64,000 nt of DNA from an uncultured bacterium (GCA_937889595.1 CALAOR010000076.1:159783-223782); one strand, 5' to 3'; numbered from the stretch's first letter, positions 29,424 through 39,128 are shown. Notes: generated from the sequence alone by a model not told the origin. Made by a program: numbers and translations.

Positions 29424-30116
29424 TTAAAACCTGTACTTTATGAGGGCCCACAGGGCCTTGAAGCCGTCAATTGCTTTCATCTTTTTGCCATCGGCATAAC
29501 CCCGGCCATAGAAATTGATCAGGGTCTCATAAATTCTGTATTTCTTTTTGAGCATTTTGGCCGTTATTTCGGGTTCGATTTTAAATCCGTTTGAACGAAG
29601 GTCAAGCCCCTTTATGACATCCGCTTTAAACATCTTATAGCAGGTTTCCATGTCTGTTAACAGGGTGTTATACAGGATGTTAGTCGTGAAGTTGAGGATT
29701 GTGTTTGCTATATAGTTCCAGAACAGGAAAGAACGGTGGGCTCCGCCTAAAAATCTGGAGCCGTAAACTACATCCGCGTGTCCCTGTTCTATGGGGGCGA
29801 GAAGATGCACGTAGTCTGCCGGGTCGTATTCCAGGTCCGCGTCCTGGATTATGACGTAATCGCCTGTTATGTATTTTATGCCCTCGCGTATTGCGGACCC
29901 TTTTCCGATGTTTTTATCCATGAAAATAATCCTGAATGTCCTGCCTTTTTTTGAAAGCGCCTTTAAAATGTCTCGCGTGCCGTCAGTGGAGCCGTCGTCC
30001 ACTATGATAATCTCTTTTTTAAACCCGGGAAGGGCGGATTTTTTCACCTGCGCCGCAGTTTCGCTTATGGTTTTTTTTTCGTTGTAAACCGGCATTATAA
30101 CGGATAGTTTTTTCAT
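29424..30116 (-). CDS. DPM1-like family 2 glycosyltransferase, copy 2
   Basis: MKKLSVIMPVYNE, IIVDDGSTDGT, IIQDADLEYDP. 230 aa and highly similar to copy 1 at both DNA and protein level. Confidence 0.85.
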   Translation of the reverse strand: MKKLSVIMPVYNEKKTISETAAQVKKSALPGFKKEIIIVDDGSTDGTRDILKALSKKGRTFRIIFMDKNIGKGSAIREGIKYITGDYVIIQDADLEYDPADYVHLLAPIEQGHADVVYGSRFLGGAHRSFLFWNYIANTILNFTTNILYNTLLTDMETCYKMFKADVIKGLDLRSNGFKIEPEITAKMLKKKYRIYETLINFYGRGYADGKKMKAIDGFKALWALIKYRF

Positions 30117-30373
30117 CTGCTTTTATTCTCCTGTTAGTGAAATGTTTAATATCGTTAATAAAAACAGCATGATAAGTCAATTTTTTAAGCGGTTTTTTTA
30201 AAACGGTTTTTTTAGCGGTTTAAGTCCAGCTGCAGGCCGGGAATGCCATATTTTGCCTTTACTGGGGGACATTTATGTATTGCGGACATATAAAAAATAT
30301 AGTAAAATATTAAAATTAGGGTTTTGCCGCGGTATTTATCCCAGCAAAATATGTATTTTTAGGAGGCATAAGC

Positions 30374-31156
30374 TTGAAAACTGTGATTTTAGCGGGCGGG
30401 ATCGGGTCCAGGATAAGCGAGGAAAGTTTTTTAAAACCAAAGCCCATGATAGAACTGGGCAACAGCATGCCTATTTTATGGCATATAATGAAATATTATT
30501 CGCATTTCGGGCATAATGATTTTATAATCTGCTGCGGTTATAAAGGCTATCTGATAAAGGAGTATTTTGCCAATTATTACCTTCACCGTTCCGATGTGAC
30601 ATTTGACTTCAAGAAAAAGAACGAGATGATAGTGCATAATAATGTGGCCGAACCCTGGAAAGTCACCCTTGTGGATACGGGCAATAACACAATGACCGGC
30701 GGCCGCGTAAAAAGAATACGCAAATATACGGGCAATGAAACTTTTATGCTCACATACGGGGACGGTGTGGCAAATGTTGATTTGCGTGAATTGCTGGCTT
30801 TTCACAGGAAAAAGAAAAAAATAGCCACTGTTACCGCGGTTCAGCCCGGCGGGCGTTTTGGGACCATAGAAATAAACAAACGTACCGGAAAAACGGTTTT
30901 CCTTGAAAAGAGAATGGAAGACGGCGGTTGGATTAACGGCGGTTTCATGGTTCTGGAACCGGAAATATTTGATCATATAAAGGGCGATAAAAGCGTATTT
31001 GAGAGGCAGGTACTTGAAAAACTCGGGGTAGAAAATGAGCTTTCCGCATATAAACACAGCGGTTTCTGGCAGTGCATGGACACCATGCGCGATAAGTCTT
31101 ACCTGGACGGGCTTGTTGAAAGCAAAAAGGCGCCATGGATGGTGTGGGAAAAGTGA
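30374..31156 (+). CDS. rfbF: glucose-1-phosphate cytidylyltransferase
   Basis: AGGAGG RBS with TTG start. MKTVILAGGIGSRISEES.LKPKPMIELG..PILWHIMKYYSHFGHNDFIICCGYKGYLIKEYFANYYLH.SDVTFD matches the RfbF/DdhA signature closely. Confidence 0.9.
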   Translation: MKTVILAGGIGSRISEESFLKPKPMIELGNSMPILWHIMKYYSHFGHNDFIICCGYKGYLIKEYFANYYLHRSDVTFDFKKKNEMIVHNNVAEPWKVTLVDTGNNTMTGGRVKRIRKYTGNETFMLTYGDGVANVDLRELLAFHRKKKKIATVTAVQPGGRFGTIEINKRTGKTVFLEKRMEDGGWINGGFMVLEPEIFDHIKGDKSVFERQVLEKLGVENELSAYKHSGFWQCMDTMRDKSYLDGLVESKKAPWMVWEK

Positions 31157-32205
31157 GCCTTTCATTTTACCGCGATAAGAAAGTTTTTGTCACCGGGCAT
31201 ACGGGGTTTAAAGGCTCCTGGTTGTGCCGCGCGCTTGTCCTGGCAGGCGTTAATGTCACGGGTTACGCGCTTGCCCCGGAGACCAAACCCGCGCTTTTTG
31301 AGCTGCTTGGTCTGAAAAATGACATGAAGTCCGTGATCGCCGACATAAGGGATTACAAAGCCCTCCTTAAATCCCTGAAAAAATCCAAACCCGAGATTAT
31401 TTTCCACATGGCTGCCCAGCCGCTTGTGAGGGAATCATACAAAAATCCGGTTTATACATATGAAACCAACGTTATGGGCACCGTTAATTTTCTGGAGGCA
31501 TGCAGGTATATCCCGGGCGCGCGTTCGATAGTGAACGTCACGACCGACAAGGTCTATGAAAACCGGGAAATGAACCGCGCCTTTAAGGAAGACGAGCCTC
31601 TTAACGGTTTTGACCCTTATTCAAATTCCAAATCATGCTCGGAACTGGTAACTTCAAGCTACAGGAACAGTTTTTATTCCGCAAAGGGCGCTGTGGCAGT
31701 GTCGACGGCCAGGTCCGGAAACGTCATCGGCGGCGGCGACTTTGCCGCGGACAGGATCATCCCTGACTGTGTCAGGGCTTTAAAGGCGGGCAAACCGGTT
31801 GTAGTGCGCAATCCGGGGGCCGTAAGGCCGTACCAGCACGTGCTTGACTGCATTTCGGGGTACCTTTTGCTGGCTGAAAAACAATATGACGCCGGGCTTT
31901 CCGGCAGCTATAATTTCGGGCCGGACAAATCGGACGTTGTTGATAATGCCGCGCTCGTGGAGCTGTTTTTAGACGCCTGGGGAGGCGGCAGTCGCGTACA
32001 CAGGCATGACAACGGTCCGCATGAAGCCCGTTTCCTGAGGCTGGACTGTTCCAGGGCGAAAAAAATCCTCGGGTGGAAGCCGCGCATGAAAATAGGGGAA
32101 GCTGTCGGATTGACCGCCGAGTGGAGCAGGGCATACCTGGATAAGTCGGGGCATGCGGCATGCGTGGACAGGCAGATAAACGAATATTTCGGGAAGGGCT
32201 TATAA
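31153..32205 (+). CDS. rfbG: CDP-glucose 4,6-dehydratase
   Basis: FYRDKKVFVTGHTGFKGSWL, extended-SDR YSNSK motif, ~350 aa. The GTG at 31153 gives a GTGA overlap with the rfbF stop, the same coupling style as other junctions here. ATG 31135 is the alternative start. Confidence 0.88.
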   Translation: MSLSFYRDKKVFVTGHTGFKGSWLCRALVLAGVNVTGYALAPETKPALFELLGLKNDMKSVIADIRDYKALLKSLKKSKPEIIFHMAAQPLVRESYKNPVYTYETNVMGTVNFLEACRYIPGARSIVNVTTDKVYENREMNRAFKEDEPLNGFDPYSNSKSCSELVTSSYRNSFYSAKGAVAVSTARSGNVIGGGDFAADRIIPDCVRALKAGKPVVVRNPGAVRPYQHVLDCISGYLLLAEKQYDAGLSGSYNFGPDKSDVVDNAALVELFLDAWGGGSRVHRHDNGPHEARFLRLDCSRAKKILGWKPRMKIGEAVGLTAEWSRAYLDKSGHAACVDRQINEYFGKGL

Positions 32206-33551
32206 TGGCGCGCTGGAAAAACAAAAAGCAAGCTGAAGGCGAGATACTCGGAAGTATAAAACAGTTCTATCATCTTTATCATAAAAAATCCGTATATAAA
32301 TCCGGCGACAGGATACCTTACGCCGCAAGGGTCTATGACAGCTCTGAAATGGCCAACCTTGTGGACGCGTCGCTTGAATTCTGGCTGACCGCCGGCAGGT
32401 ATGCCGGTAAATTTGAAAAAAACTTCGCGGATTTCCTCGGCGTCAAATACGCCTACCTGGTGAACTCCGGCTCGTCCGCGAATCTGCTGGCTTTTATGAC
32501 GCTCACCTCGCCGCTTTTGGGGGCAAGGTCCATACAAAGGGGTGATGAAGTCATCACCGTTGCCGCGGGTTTTCCGACCACTGTCGCACCGGTAATACAG
32601 TACGGCGCTGTCCCGGTATTTGTGGATGTCACTATCCCGCAGTATAATATCGACGTAAACGCGCTAAATGGCGCCCTGTCCAAAAGGACAAAAGCGGTTA
32701 TGGTTGCGCACACGCTTGGGAACCCTTTTGACTTAAGGGCTGTAAAGGCATTCTGTGAAAAACACAACCTCTGGCTTATAGAGGATAATTGCGACGCGCT
32801 GGGTTCGAAATACAAGTCAGGCAAGACGTGGAAATACACCGGCTCGTTCGGCGATATAGGCACATCAAGTTTTTATCCCCCGCACCACATGACCATGGGT
32901 GAAGGCGGCGCAGTGTATACAAGCAACCGCCAGCTGGCCCAAATAGCCCTTTCCATGCGCGACTGGGGAAGGGACTGCAGCTGCCCGTCGGGCAGGGACA
33001 ACACGTGCGGCAGGCGTTTTGACGGGCAATTCGGGGAGCTTCCCAAAGGTTATGACCACAAATACGTCTATTCGCACTTCGGGTACAACCTGAAGGCCAC
33101 TGAAATGCAGGCCGCCATCGGCTGCGCCCAACTTGAAAAACTCCCTAGCTTCATTGAGAAGCGCAGGCACAACTGGGAATACCTGAAAAGGGCGCTTTCA
33201 GGTTTATCACACTCCCTTATCTTACCCGAACCCGCGCCGGGCTCCGAACCAAGCTGGTTTGGCTTCCTGATAACGGTAAGGGAAGATTCCGGATTAAGCC
33301 GGGAAAAGATAGTGCGCCATCTCGAAGCCGCGGGAATACAGACAAGGCTCCTTTTTGCGGGGAACCTTATCAAGCATCCCTGTTTTGATGAGATGAGGAA
33401 ATCCGGCAGAGGATTCCGCGTGGCCGGAAAATTAACCCTGACAGACCGTATCATGAACGACACTTTCTGGGTGGGCGTTTATCCGGGCATGACCAAGCCA
33501 ATGCTTGACGCGATGATTGAAGAAATAAAGTCGGCATGCGGAAAAAAGTAG
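32205..33551 (+). CDS. rfbH: CDP-4-keto-6-deoxyglucose 3-dehydrase (E1; RfbH/DdhC/AscC type, DegT fold)
   Basis: TAATG overlap with rfbG. SSFYPPHHMTMGEGG has His where aminotransferases carry the PLP lysine. The Cys cluster RDCSCPSGRDNTC (C-x-C-x7-C) plus an upstream Cys is consistent with the E1 [2Fe-2S] site. Confidence 0.85.
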   Translation: MARWKNKKQAEGEILGSIKQFYHLYHKKSVYKSGDRIPYAARVYDSSEMANLVDASLEFWLTAGRYAGKFEKNFADFLGVKYAYLVNSGSSANLLAFMTLTSPLLGARSIQRGDEVITVAAGFPTTVAPVIQYGAVPVFVDVTIPQYNIDVNALNGALSKRTKAVMVAHTLGNPFDLRAVKAFCEKHNLWLIEDNCDALGSKYKSGKTWKYTGSFGDIGTSSFYPPHHMTMGEGGAVYTSNRQLAQIALSMRDWGRDCSCPSGRDNTCGRRFDGQFGELPKGYDHKYVYSHFGYNLKATEMQAAIGCAQLEKLPSFIEKRRHNWEYLKRALSGLSHSLILPEPAPGSEPSWFGFLITVREDSGLSREKIVRHLEAAGIQTRLLFAGNLIKHPCFDEMRKSGRGFRVAGKLTLTDRIMNDTFWVGVYPGMTKPMLDAMIEEIKSACGKK

Positions 33552-33949
33552 CCGGTTTTGTAAAGAAGTCTTTGGAAAACAGAAAAGTGCGGTTTCTTTT
33601 TGTGGGCGTCCTGAACACAGTCGTGGGATACGGCACATACGCGCTGTTTATATACCTGAAGATGCATTATATTTTGGCAATGATATTCTCAAGTATTATA
33701 TCGGTGACGCACAGCTATCTGTGGAACAAGCATTTTACTTTTAAAAGCACGGATAAGTCCTTTGCGGAAGCAATAAGATTTGTCATGGTATATGCGGTAG
33801 GCATACTTTTGAATATGGTATTGCTTTACGTGTGCATAACTTTATGCCGGATAAACGCCTATGCGGCGGGCGCGACAACCCTTTTAATAACGACCGTGAT
33901 AAGCTACATAGGGCACAAAAAAATAAGTTTTAGGAGCGCAAAAGGCTGA
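33536..33949 (+). CDS. GtrA-family small membrane protein (candidate polyprenyl-phosphate-sugar translocase)
   Basis: 137 aa with 4 predicted TM helices. RFLFVGVLNTVVGYGTYALF...SYLWNKHFTFKS is typical of the GtrA family. Confidence 0.75.
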   Translation: MRKKVAGFVKKSLENRKVRFLFVGVLNTVVGYGTYALFIYLKMHYILAMIFSSIISVTHSYLWNKHFTFKSTDKSFAEAIRFVMVYAVGILLNMVLLYVCITLCRINAYAAGATTLLITTVISYIGHKKISFRSAKG

Positions 33950-35757
33950 TGACAAAAAATAACAGGATAAGGGTGGCTGATTTTATCGCAGGCTGGCTTG
34001 CGGGTAAAAATGTAAAGCATGTCTTTACTGTGACGGGCGGCGGGGCCATGCATTTAAACGACGCTTTTGGAAATCACCCGGAATTGAAATGCGTGTACAA
34101 CCACCATGAGCAGGCCTCAGCGATAGCGGCCGAAGGGTATTATAAGGCGTCGGGAGAGATGTCCGCTGTATGCGTCACAAGCGGCCCAGGCGGCACGAAC
34201 GCTTTGACAGGCGTCCTGGGCGCATGGCTGGATTCTGTCCCTATGTTCGTCATTTCCGGGCAGGTAAGGTTTGAATATACGATAAAATCAGCGCCAAACC
34301 TGAAACTGCGACAGCTTGGGGACCAAGAATTCAATATAACGGATGCGGCAAAGACAATGACAAAATACGCTTTCATGGTAATTGACCCCCAAACGATAAA
34401 ATACCACCTTGAAAAAGCCATGTTCCTGGCAAAGAATGGCCGGCCCGGCCCTGTCTGGCTCGACATACCGCTTGACGTGCAGGCTGCGCAGGTGGAAATG
34501 GAAACACTGCGGGAATATGATGAAAACGGGTATGTGCCTGGACTTGAAAACGATTTGTCCGCGGAAAAGATCGATGAAATCATAAAAAGGATCGAAGCCG
34601 CGAAAAGTCCGGCTATTATTGCCGGGGCAGGCGTAAGGTTAAGCGGCGCCGCAGGGAAGTTCAGTAAACTGATAAAACAGTTAAATATACCGGTTATGAC
34701 AGCATGGAACTCCCATGATTTGGTGGAGGACGCAGACCCGCTGTACGCGGGAAGGCCCGGCACTGTCGGGACAAGGGGCGGGAATTTTGTGTTCCAGAAC
34801 GCGGACCTTATCCTTGTTATAGGATGCAGGATGAACCTGCGGCAGATCGGGTACGCGAAAAACGAGATCGCGCCTAAAGCGTACAAAATAATGGTTGATA
34901 TTGATGAAGCCGAACTGCAAAAAAATACTTTTAAAGCCGATCTGCCTGTTCACTGCGATTGCGGGCGGTTTATAGGGAAACTGCTGGAAACCGGTTACAG
35001 GAAATCCGGAGCGGGCAATGACAAATGGATAAAATGGTGCGGGGATATAAATCTTAAATATCCGCCATTAAAGGATATAGTCAGGAACACAGACCGGCTT
35101 AATCCGTATGTTTTTTTTGATAAATTATACAAACTTTTGCCCGAGGGGCAGACAACGGTTACAGCCAACGGGTCGGCGTGCGTAATATCTTTCCAGACCG
35201 CGCGTATAAAACACGGACAGAGGCTCTTTACGAACAGCGGCTGCGCGGCCATGGGGTATGGCCTGCCTGCGGCCATAGGGGCGTGCGTGTCTTTGGGCAA
35301 AAAAGATATTGTATGCATAGAAGGCGACGGAAGCCTCCAGATGAACATACAGGAGCTTCAAACCGTCATCCAGAACAAACTTCCCATAAAGATATTTGTG
35401 GTGAATAATAACGGGTATTTATCCATCAGGCAGACCCAGGCGAATTTTTTCCATTCGAGGTTCGCGGGCATAGACAGGGCCACGGGGTTGAGTTTTCCCG
35501 ACCTGTCCAAAATAGCGGCAGCTTACGGGATTGATTATTACAGGATAGACTCTGAAGGCGCGGCGAACAAGACTGCGGCTAAAGTTCTCAATACGCATTC
35601 TCCGGTTATCTGCGAAGTTGTGGTGGACCATGAGCAGAATTTTGTCCCGAAATCGTCCTCAAAATTATCGCCGGACGGGAAGATGTCGTCGGCTCCGCTT
35701 CACGACATGTATCCCTTCCTGCCGGAAAAAGAGATGAATGACAATGTATACCGCTGA
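33949..35757 (+). CDS. thiamine-diphosphate enzyme of the acetolactate-synthase family (YerE-like candidate)
   Basis: TGATG junction. N-terminal TPP domain (HHEQASAIAAEGYYKASG...VTSGPGGTNALTGV). ThDP motif in IEGDGSLQMNIQELQT...FVVNNNGY. Confidence 0.85.
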   Translation: MTKNNRIRVADFIAGWLAGKNVKHVFTVTGGGAMHLNDAFGNHPELKCVYNHHEQASAIAAEGYYKASGEMSAVCVTSGPGGTNALTGVLGAWLDSVPMFVISGQVRFEYTIKSAPNLKLRQLGDQEFNITDAAKTMTKYAFMVIDPQTIKYHLEKAMFLAKNGRPGPVWLDIPLDVQAAQVEMETLREYDENGYVPGLENDLSAEKIDEIIKRIEAAKSPAIIAGAGVRLSGAAGKFSKLIKQLNIPVMTAWNSHDLVEDADPLYAGRPGTVGTRGGNFVFQNADLILVIGCRMNLRQIGYAKNEIAPKAYKIMVDIDEAELQKNTFKADLPVHCDCGRFIGKLLETGYRKSGAGNDKWIKWCGDINLKYPPLKDIVRNTDRLNPYVFFDKLYKLLPEGQTTVTANGSACVISFQTARIKHGQRLFTNSGCAAMGYGLPAAIGACVSLGKKDIVCIEGDGSLQMNIQELQTVIQNKLPIKIFVVNNNGYLSIRQTQANFFHSRFAGIDRATGLSFPDLSKIAAAYGIDYYRIDSEGAANKTAAKVLNTHSPVICEVVVDHEQNFVPKSSSKLSPDGKMSSAPLHDMYPFLPEKEMNDNVYR

Positions 35758-35775
35758 AAAAAAGGGAAAAATATC

Positions 35776-37371
35776 ATGAGAAATATAAAGATACTCGACT
35801 GCACCCTGCGCGACGGCGGGTTTGTGAACGACTGGAACTTCGGCAAAGGCAGCATAAAGAGCATAATAGGGAGGCTCGATAAAGCCGGCGTTGATATAGT
35901 GGAGACAGGGTTCCTGGACAGCCGCCGCAAGTATGACCCGGACCGTTCCATACAACCTGACACGGGGTCGTTTAAGGCCATCCTGGAAAACACGGACGTA
36001 AAACACGCGATGATGATCGCCATGATAGATTTCGGGACATGCGGGATCGAAGCCATAGAACAGCAGGGCGCTTCCTGCATAAGCGGGATAAGGGTTATAT
36101 TCAAGAAAAAGGACTGCGAAGCGGCGCTGAAGTTCTGCGCTTTGCTTAAAGAAAAAGGGTATAAAGTATTCGTAAATCCCGTCTCTACAACAGGTTATTC
36201 CGACGATGAAATGGCCGGCCTGCTCGATGAGGTTAATAAACTCGAGCCCTACGGCATATCAATCGTGGATACATACGGCCTGATGCATAAAAAAGAGCTT
36301 TTGCACTATTTCCGGCTCATGGACAGCAGGTTAAAACCCGCGATAAATATAGGTTATCATTCCCATAATAATTTCCAGCTTTCGTACGCGAACTGCATAG
36401 AACTGCTGGAAATACAGTCAGAGCGCGGGCTGATACTTGACGGTTCACTTTACGGCATGGGCAAAGGCGCCGGCAACGCCAATACCGAGCTGATAGCCAT
36501 GCATTTAAACAGGTATTTTGGCGCGCACTATGACGTAAACCAGCTTTTGGAGGCGATAGACGTCGATATCATGAAAGAATACGCGAAAAAATACTGGGGA
36601 TATTCCCTAATGCATTTTATCGCGGCTTCAAACGACTGCCATCCTGATTTTGTGAAGACGCTTATCGAGAAAAAGACCCTTTCCGTAAGATCGATAAATG
36701 AGATACTGCAGAAACTGGAGCATAAGACCAGTCTTACGTTCAATAAGGACCTGATAGAAAAAATGTACGAAGAATACCAGAACGTGGAAGTTGACGATAC
36801 CGGGGGCTATATAAGGCTGGCAAAAGAGTTCGGGGACCTGCCCATACTTATAATTGCCCCGGGAAATTCAATAGTAAAACACAAAGAGGAAATAGATAAA
36901 TACATAGCCGGGCACAAGCCATTGGTGATATCGATAAATTTTGTGACAGACATGTATAAAACCGATTATGTTTTCTTCGGGAACGCGAAGAGGTACAGCC
37001 AGTTCTATGACGAGATATACAGGACAGGAGCGGACGCAAAGGTGATATGCACTTCAAATGTATCGGAATCGAACAAATCCATAGATTTTATCTTTAATTT
37101 CAATTCCCTGGTAAGCAGAGAAGCTCCCATAAGGGATAATCCCATGCTCATGCTGCTGAAAATACTGGTGAAAATGAAGGTTAAATCAGCGGTTTTGGCG
37201 GGTTTTGACGGCTATTCAGGGCGTAGTACGGACAATTATTTTAACGAATATGTCAAGTTCCTGTACTGCGATGATGATGTGGTTTTAAGGAATGAACTTA
37301 TTAAAAATAAGGTTAAAGAGTTTAAAAATGAAATTGATCTGGGGTTTTTGACTCCTACAGCGTATTTGTAG
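35776..37371 (+). CDS. HMGL-like (pyruvate carboxyltransferase/aldolase TIM-barrel) protein with an uncharacterised C-terminal Rossmann-like domain
   Basis: The N-terminus reads ILDCTLRDGGFVNDW.FG......I...L.KAGVDIVETG. HSHNN metal-site region. The C-terminal ~200 aa (PILIIAPGNSI...VLAGFDGY) faintly resemble the MptE/DUF115 type. Confidence 0.65.
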   Translation: MRNIKILDCTLRDGGFVNDWNFGKGSIKSIIGRLDKAGVDIVETGFLDSRRKYDPDRSIQPDTGSFKAILENTDVKHAMMIAMIDFGTCGIEAIEQQGASCISGIRVIFKKKDCEAALKFCALLKEKGYKVFVNPVSTTGYSDDEMAGLLDEVNKLEPYGISIVDTYGLMHKKELLHYFRLMDSRLKPAINIGYHSHNNFQLSYANCIELLEIQSERGLILDGSLYGMGKGAGNANTELIAMHLNRYFGAHYDVNQLLEAIDVDIMKEYAKKYWGYSLMHFIAASNDCHPDFVKTLIEKKTLSVRSINEILQKLEHKTSLTFNKDLIEKMYEEYQNVEVDDTGGYIRLAKEFGDLPILIIAPGNSIVKHKEEIDKYIAGHKPLVISINFVTDMYKTDYVFFGNAKRYSQFYDEIYRTGADAKVICTSNVSESNKSIDFIFNFNSLVSREAPIRDNPMLMLLKILVKMKVKSAVLAGFDGYSGRSTDNYFNEYVKFLYCDDDVVLRNELIKNKVKEFKNEIDLGFLTPTAYL

Positions 37372-37422
37372 CGGGGCGGTATGTCATAAGATATGGAAAA
37401 AATTTAAGAAGGAGAAAAAAGC

Positions 37423-38088
37423 GTGAAAACTTTATTTATAACCGGAGGCAGCAGGGGGATCGGCGCTGCAATTGCCGATAAATTCATAAAAGATGATTAT
37501 CATGTTATTATGCCTGCCCGCGGGGAAATGGATCTTTCATCCCCTGTTTCAATCAAAAAGTATTTCAAAAAGAACAGCGGTATCAAGGTTGACTGCATCG
37601 TGAACAACGCGGGGGTCAACCCGCTTGCTTTTGTGGATGAACTGACCGATGAAGAGATATTTGAGACTGTCAATGTGAACCTGATAGCGCCGCTTATGAT
37701 AACGCGGGCGCTGGTAAAAGGCATGAAAAAACGGGGTTGCGGACGCATAGTAAATATAGGGTCCATATGGGGCGTTGTTTCAAAGGAAAAAAGGGCGGTA
37801 TATTCCATGACCAAAAACGGGATACACGGCCTGACCAATACCCTCGCTGTCGAACTGGGGGGGGACAATATACTTGTAAATACCGTATGCCCGGGATATA
37901 CAAATACAGAACTTACAAAAAAAAATGTCCCGCTTCCTGAAGCAAAAAATATATCAAAAGACATTCCGCTGGGCAGGTTCGCGGAGCCTGAAGAAATAGC
38001 GGAAATTGTATATTTCCTCGGCTCAAGCCGGAACACTTATATTACTGGCCAGAAAATAGTGATAGACGGCGGGTTTACAATAAAATGA
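37423..38088 (+). CDS. short-chain dehydrogenase/reductase (FabG-like)
   Basis: AAGGAG RBS with GTG start. TGGSRGIG cofactor motif and YSMTKNG (YxxxK) catalytic motif. Confidence 0.85.
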   Translation: MKTLFITGGSRGIGAAIADKFIKDDYHVIMPARGEMDLSSPVSIKKYFKKNSGIKVDCIVNNAGVNPLAFVDELTDEEIFETVNVNLIAPLMITRALVKGMKKRGCGRIVNIGSIWGVVSKEKRAVYSMTKNGIHGLTNTLAVELGGDNILVNTVCPGYTNTELTKKNVPLPEAKNISKDIPLGRFAEPEEIAEIVYFLGSSRNTYITGQKIVIDGGFTIK

Positions 38089-39128
38089 TCATATCCTCAC
38101 ACGCCAAGAAATACAGCGTGGAAGTCACAGATGCCGGGTTTATAACCCGGTTGATGGAAAAATCTTACAAGCTCGTTATAATAGATAAAAAGGTCTATGA
38201 CCTTTACAGGAACACGCTGCTCGCCGGGTTAAAAAAAGAAACGTTGTATCTGTTCGATGCCGTTGAAAAAAACAAGAATGCGGGTTCAGCGCTTAAAATA
38301 TGCGGGAAGATGGCTGAAATATCCTTTAAACGCGGTGATGAGCTGGTTTCAATAGGCGGCGGCATAGTGCAGGATGTTACGGGTTTTGCCGCGAATATAT
38401 TCAACCGCGGCGTCAGGTGGACCTTTATCCCGACTACACTGCTTGCGCAGTGCGACAGCTGCGTAGGCGGAAAAACATCGCTTAATTTTTCGGCATATAA
38501 AAACATACTCGGCACTTTTTACGCGCCGGATAATATTTATATCTGCCTTGATTTTGTAAAGACGCTTACAGAGGATGATTATCTCAGCGGCATGGGGGAG
38601 GTCGCCAAATTCAACATAATGTCCGCAAAAGACGGCATAGGCCTGCTTGAAAACAATATGGAAAAGCTTCTTGCCCGCGATACCGGGGTCCTGAAATTCT
38701 TTGTCGAACGGTCGCTTGAATTCAAGAAGCGCTTTATTGAGGAGGATGAATTTGATCTTGATGTGAGAAACCTCCTGAATTTTGCCCACACCTTCGGCCA
38801 CGCGTATGAAAAGACAAGCAATTACGCCATACCGCACGGGCAGGCGGTGACATTGGGGCTTATAACGGCCAATAATATTTCACGCGCGCGAAATATGCTT
38901 GATCCCGCCCTGAAGGAAAGAATAGAAAAAATATGCATGAATTTTATATCCGTGAAACTGAAAAAAGAATGGTTCCTGGCGGATAAGGTGATAGAAGCCA
39001 TGAAAAAGGACAAAAAGAGGAAGTCGGATAAACTGGCCGCTGTGCTTTTTTCATCAGACCTTTCCCTGAAAGTGGTGCAGGATTTGGAACAAAAGGAAGT
39101 TGCTGAAGCGCTTTCATTTATATTGTAA
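38085..39128 (+). CDS. 3-dehydroquinate synthase-like enzyme (sugar-phosphate cyclase superfamily)
   Basis: ATGA overlap with the SDR gene. GGGIVQDVTGFAA, IPTTLLAQCDSCVGGKTSLN, KNILGTFYAP, GMGEVAKF, HTFGHAYE and IPHGQAVTLG are all colinear with the DHQS fold. Confidence 0.8.
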   Translation: MIISSHAKKYSVEVTDAGFITRLMEKSYKLVIIDKKVYDLYRNTLLAGLKKETLYLFDAVEKNKNAGSALKICGKMAEISFKRGDELVSIGGGIVQDVTGFAANIFNRGVRWTFIPTTLLAQCDSCVGGKTSLNFSAYKNILGTFYAPDNIYICLDFVKTLTEDDYLSGMGEVAKFNIMSAKDGIGLLENNMEKLLARDTGVLKFFVERSLEFKKRFIEEDEFDLDVRNLLNFAHTFGHAYEKTSNYAIPHGQAVTLGLITANNISRARNMLDPALKERIEKICMNFISVKLKKEWFLADKVIEAMKKDKKRKSDKLAAVLFSSDLSLKVVQDLEQKEVAEALSFIL

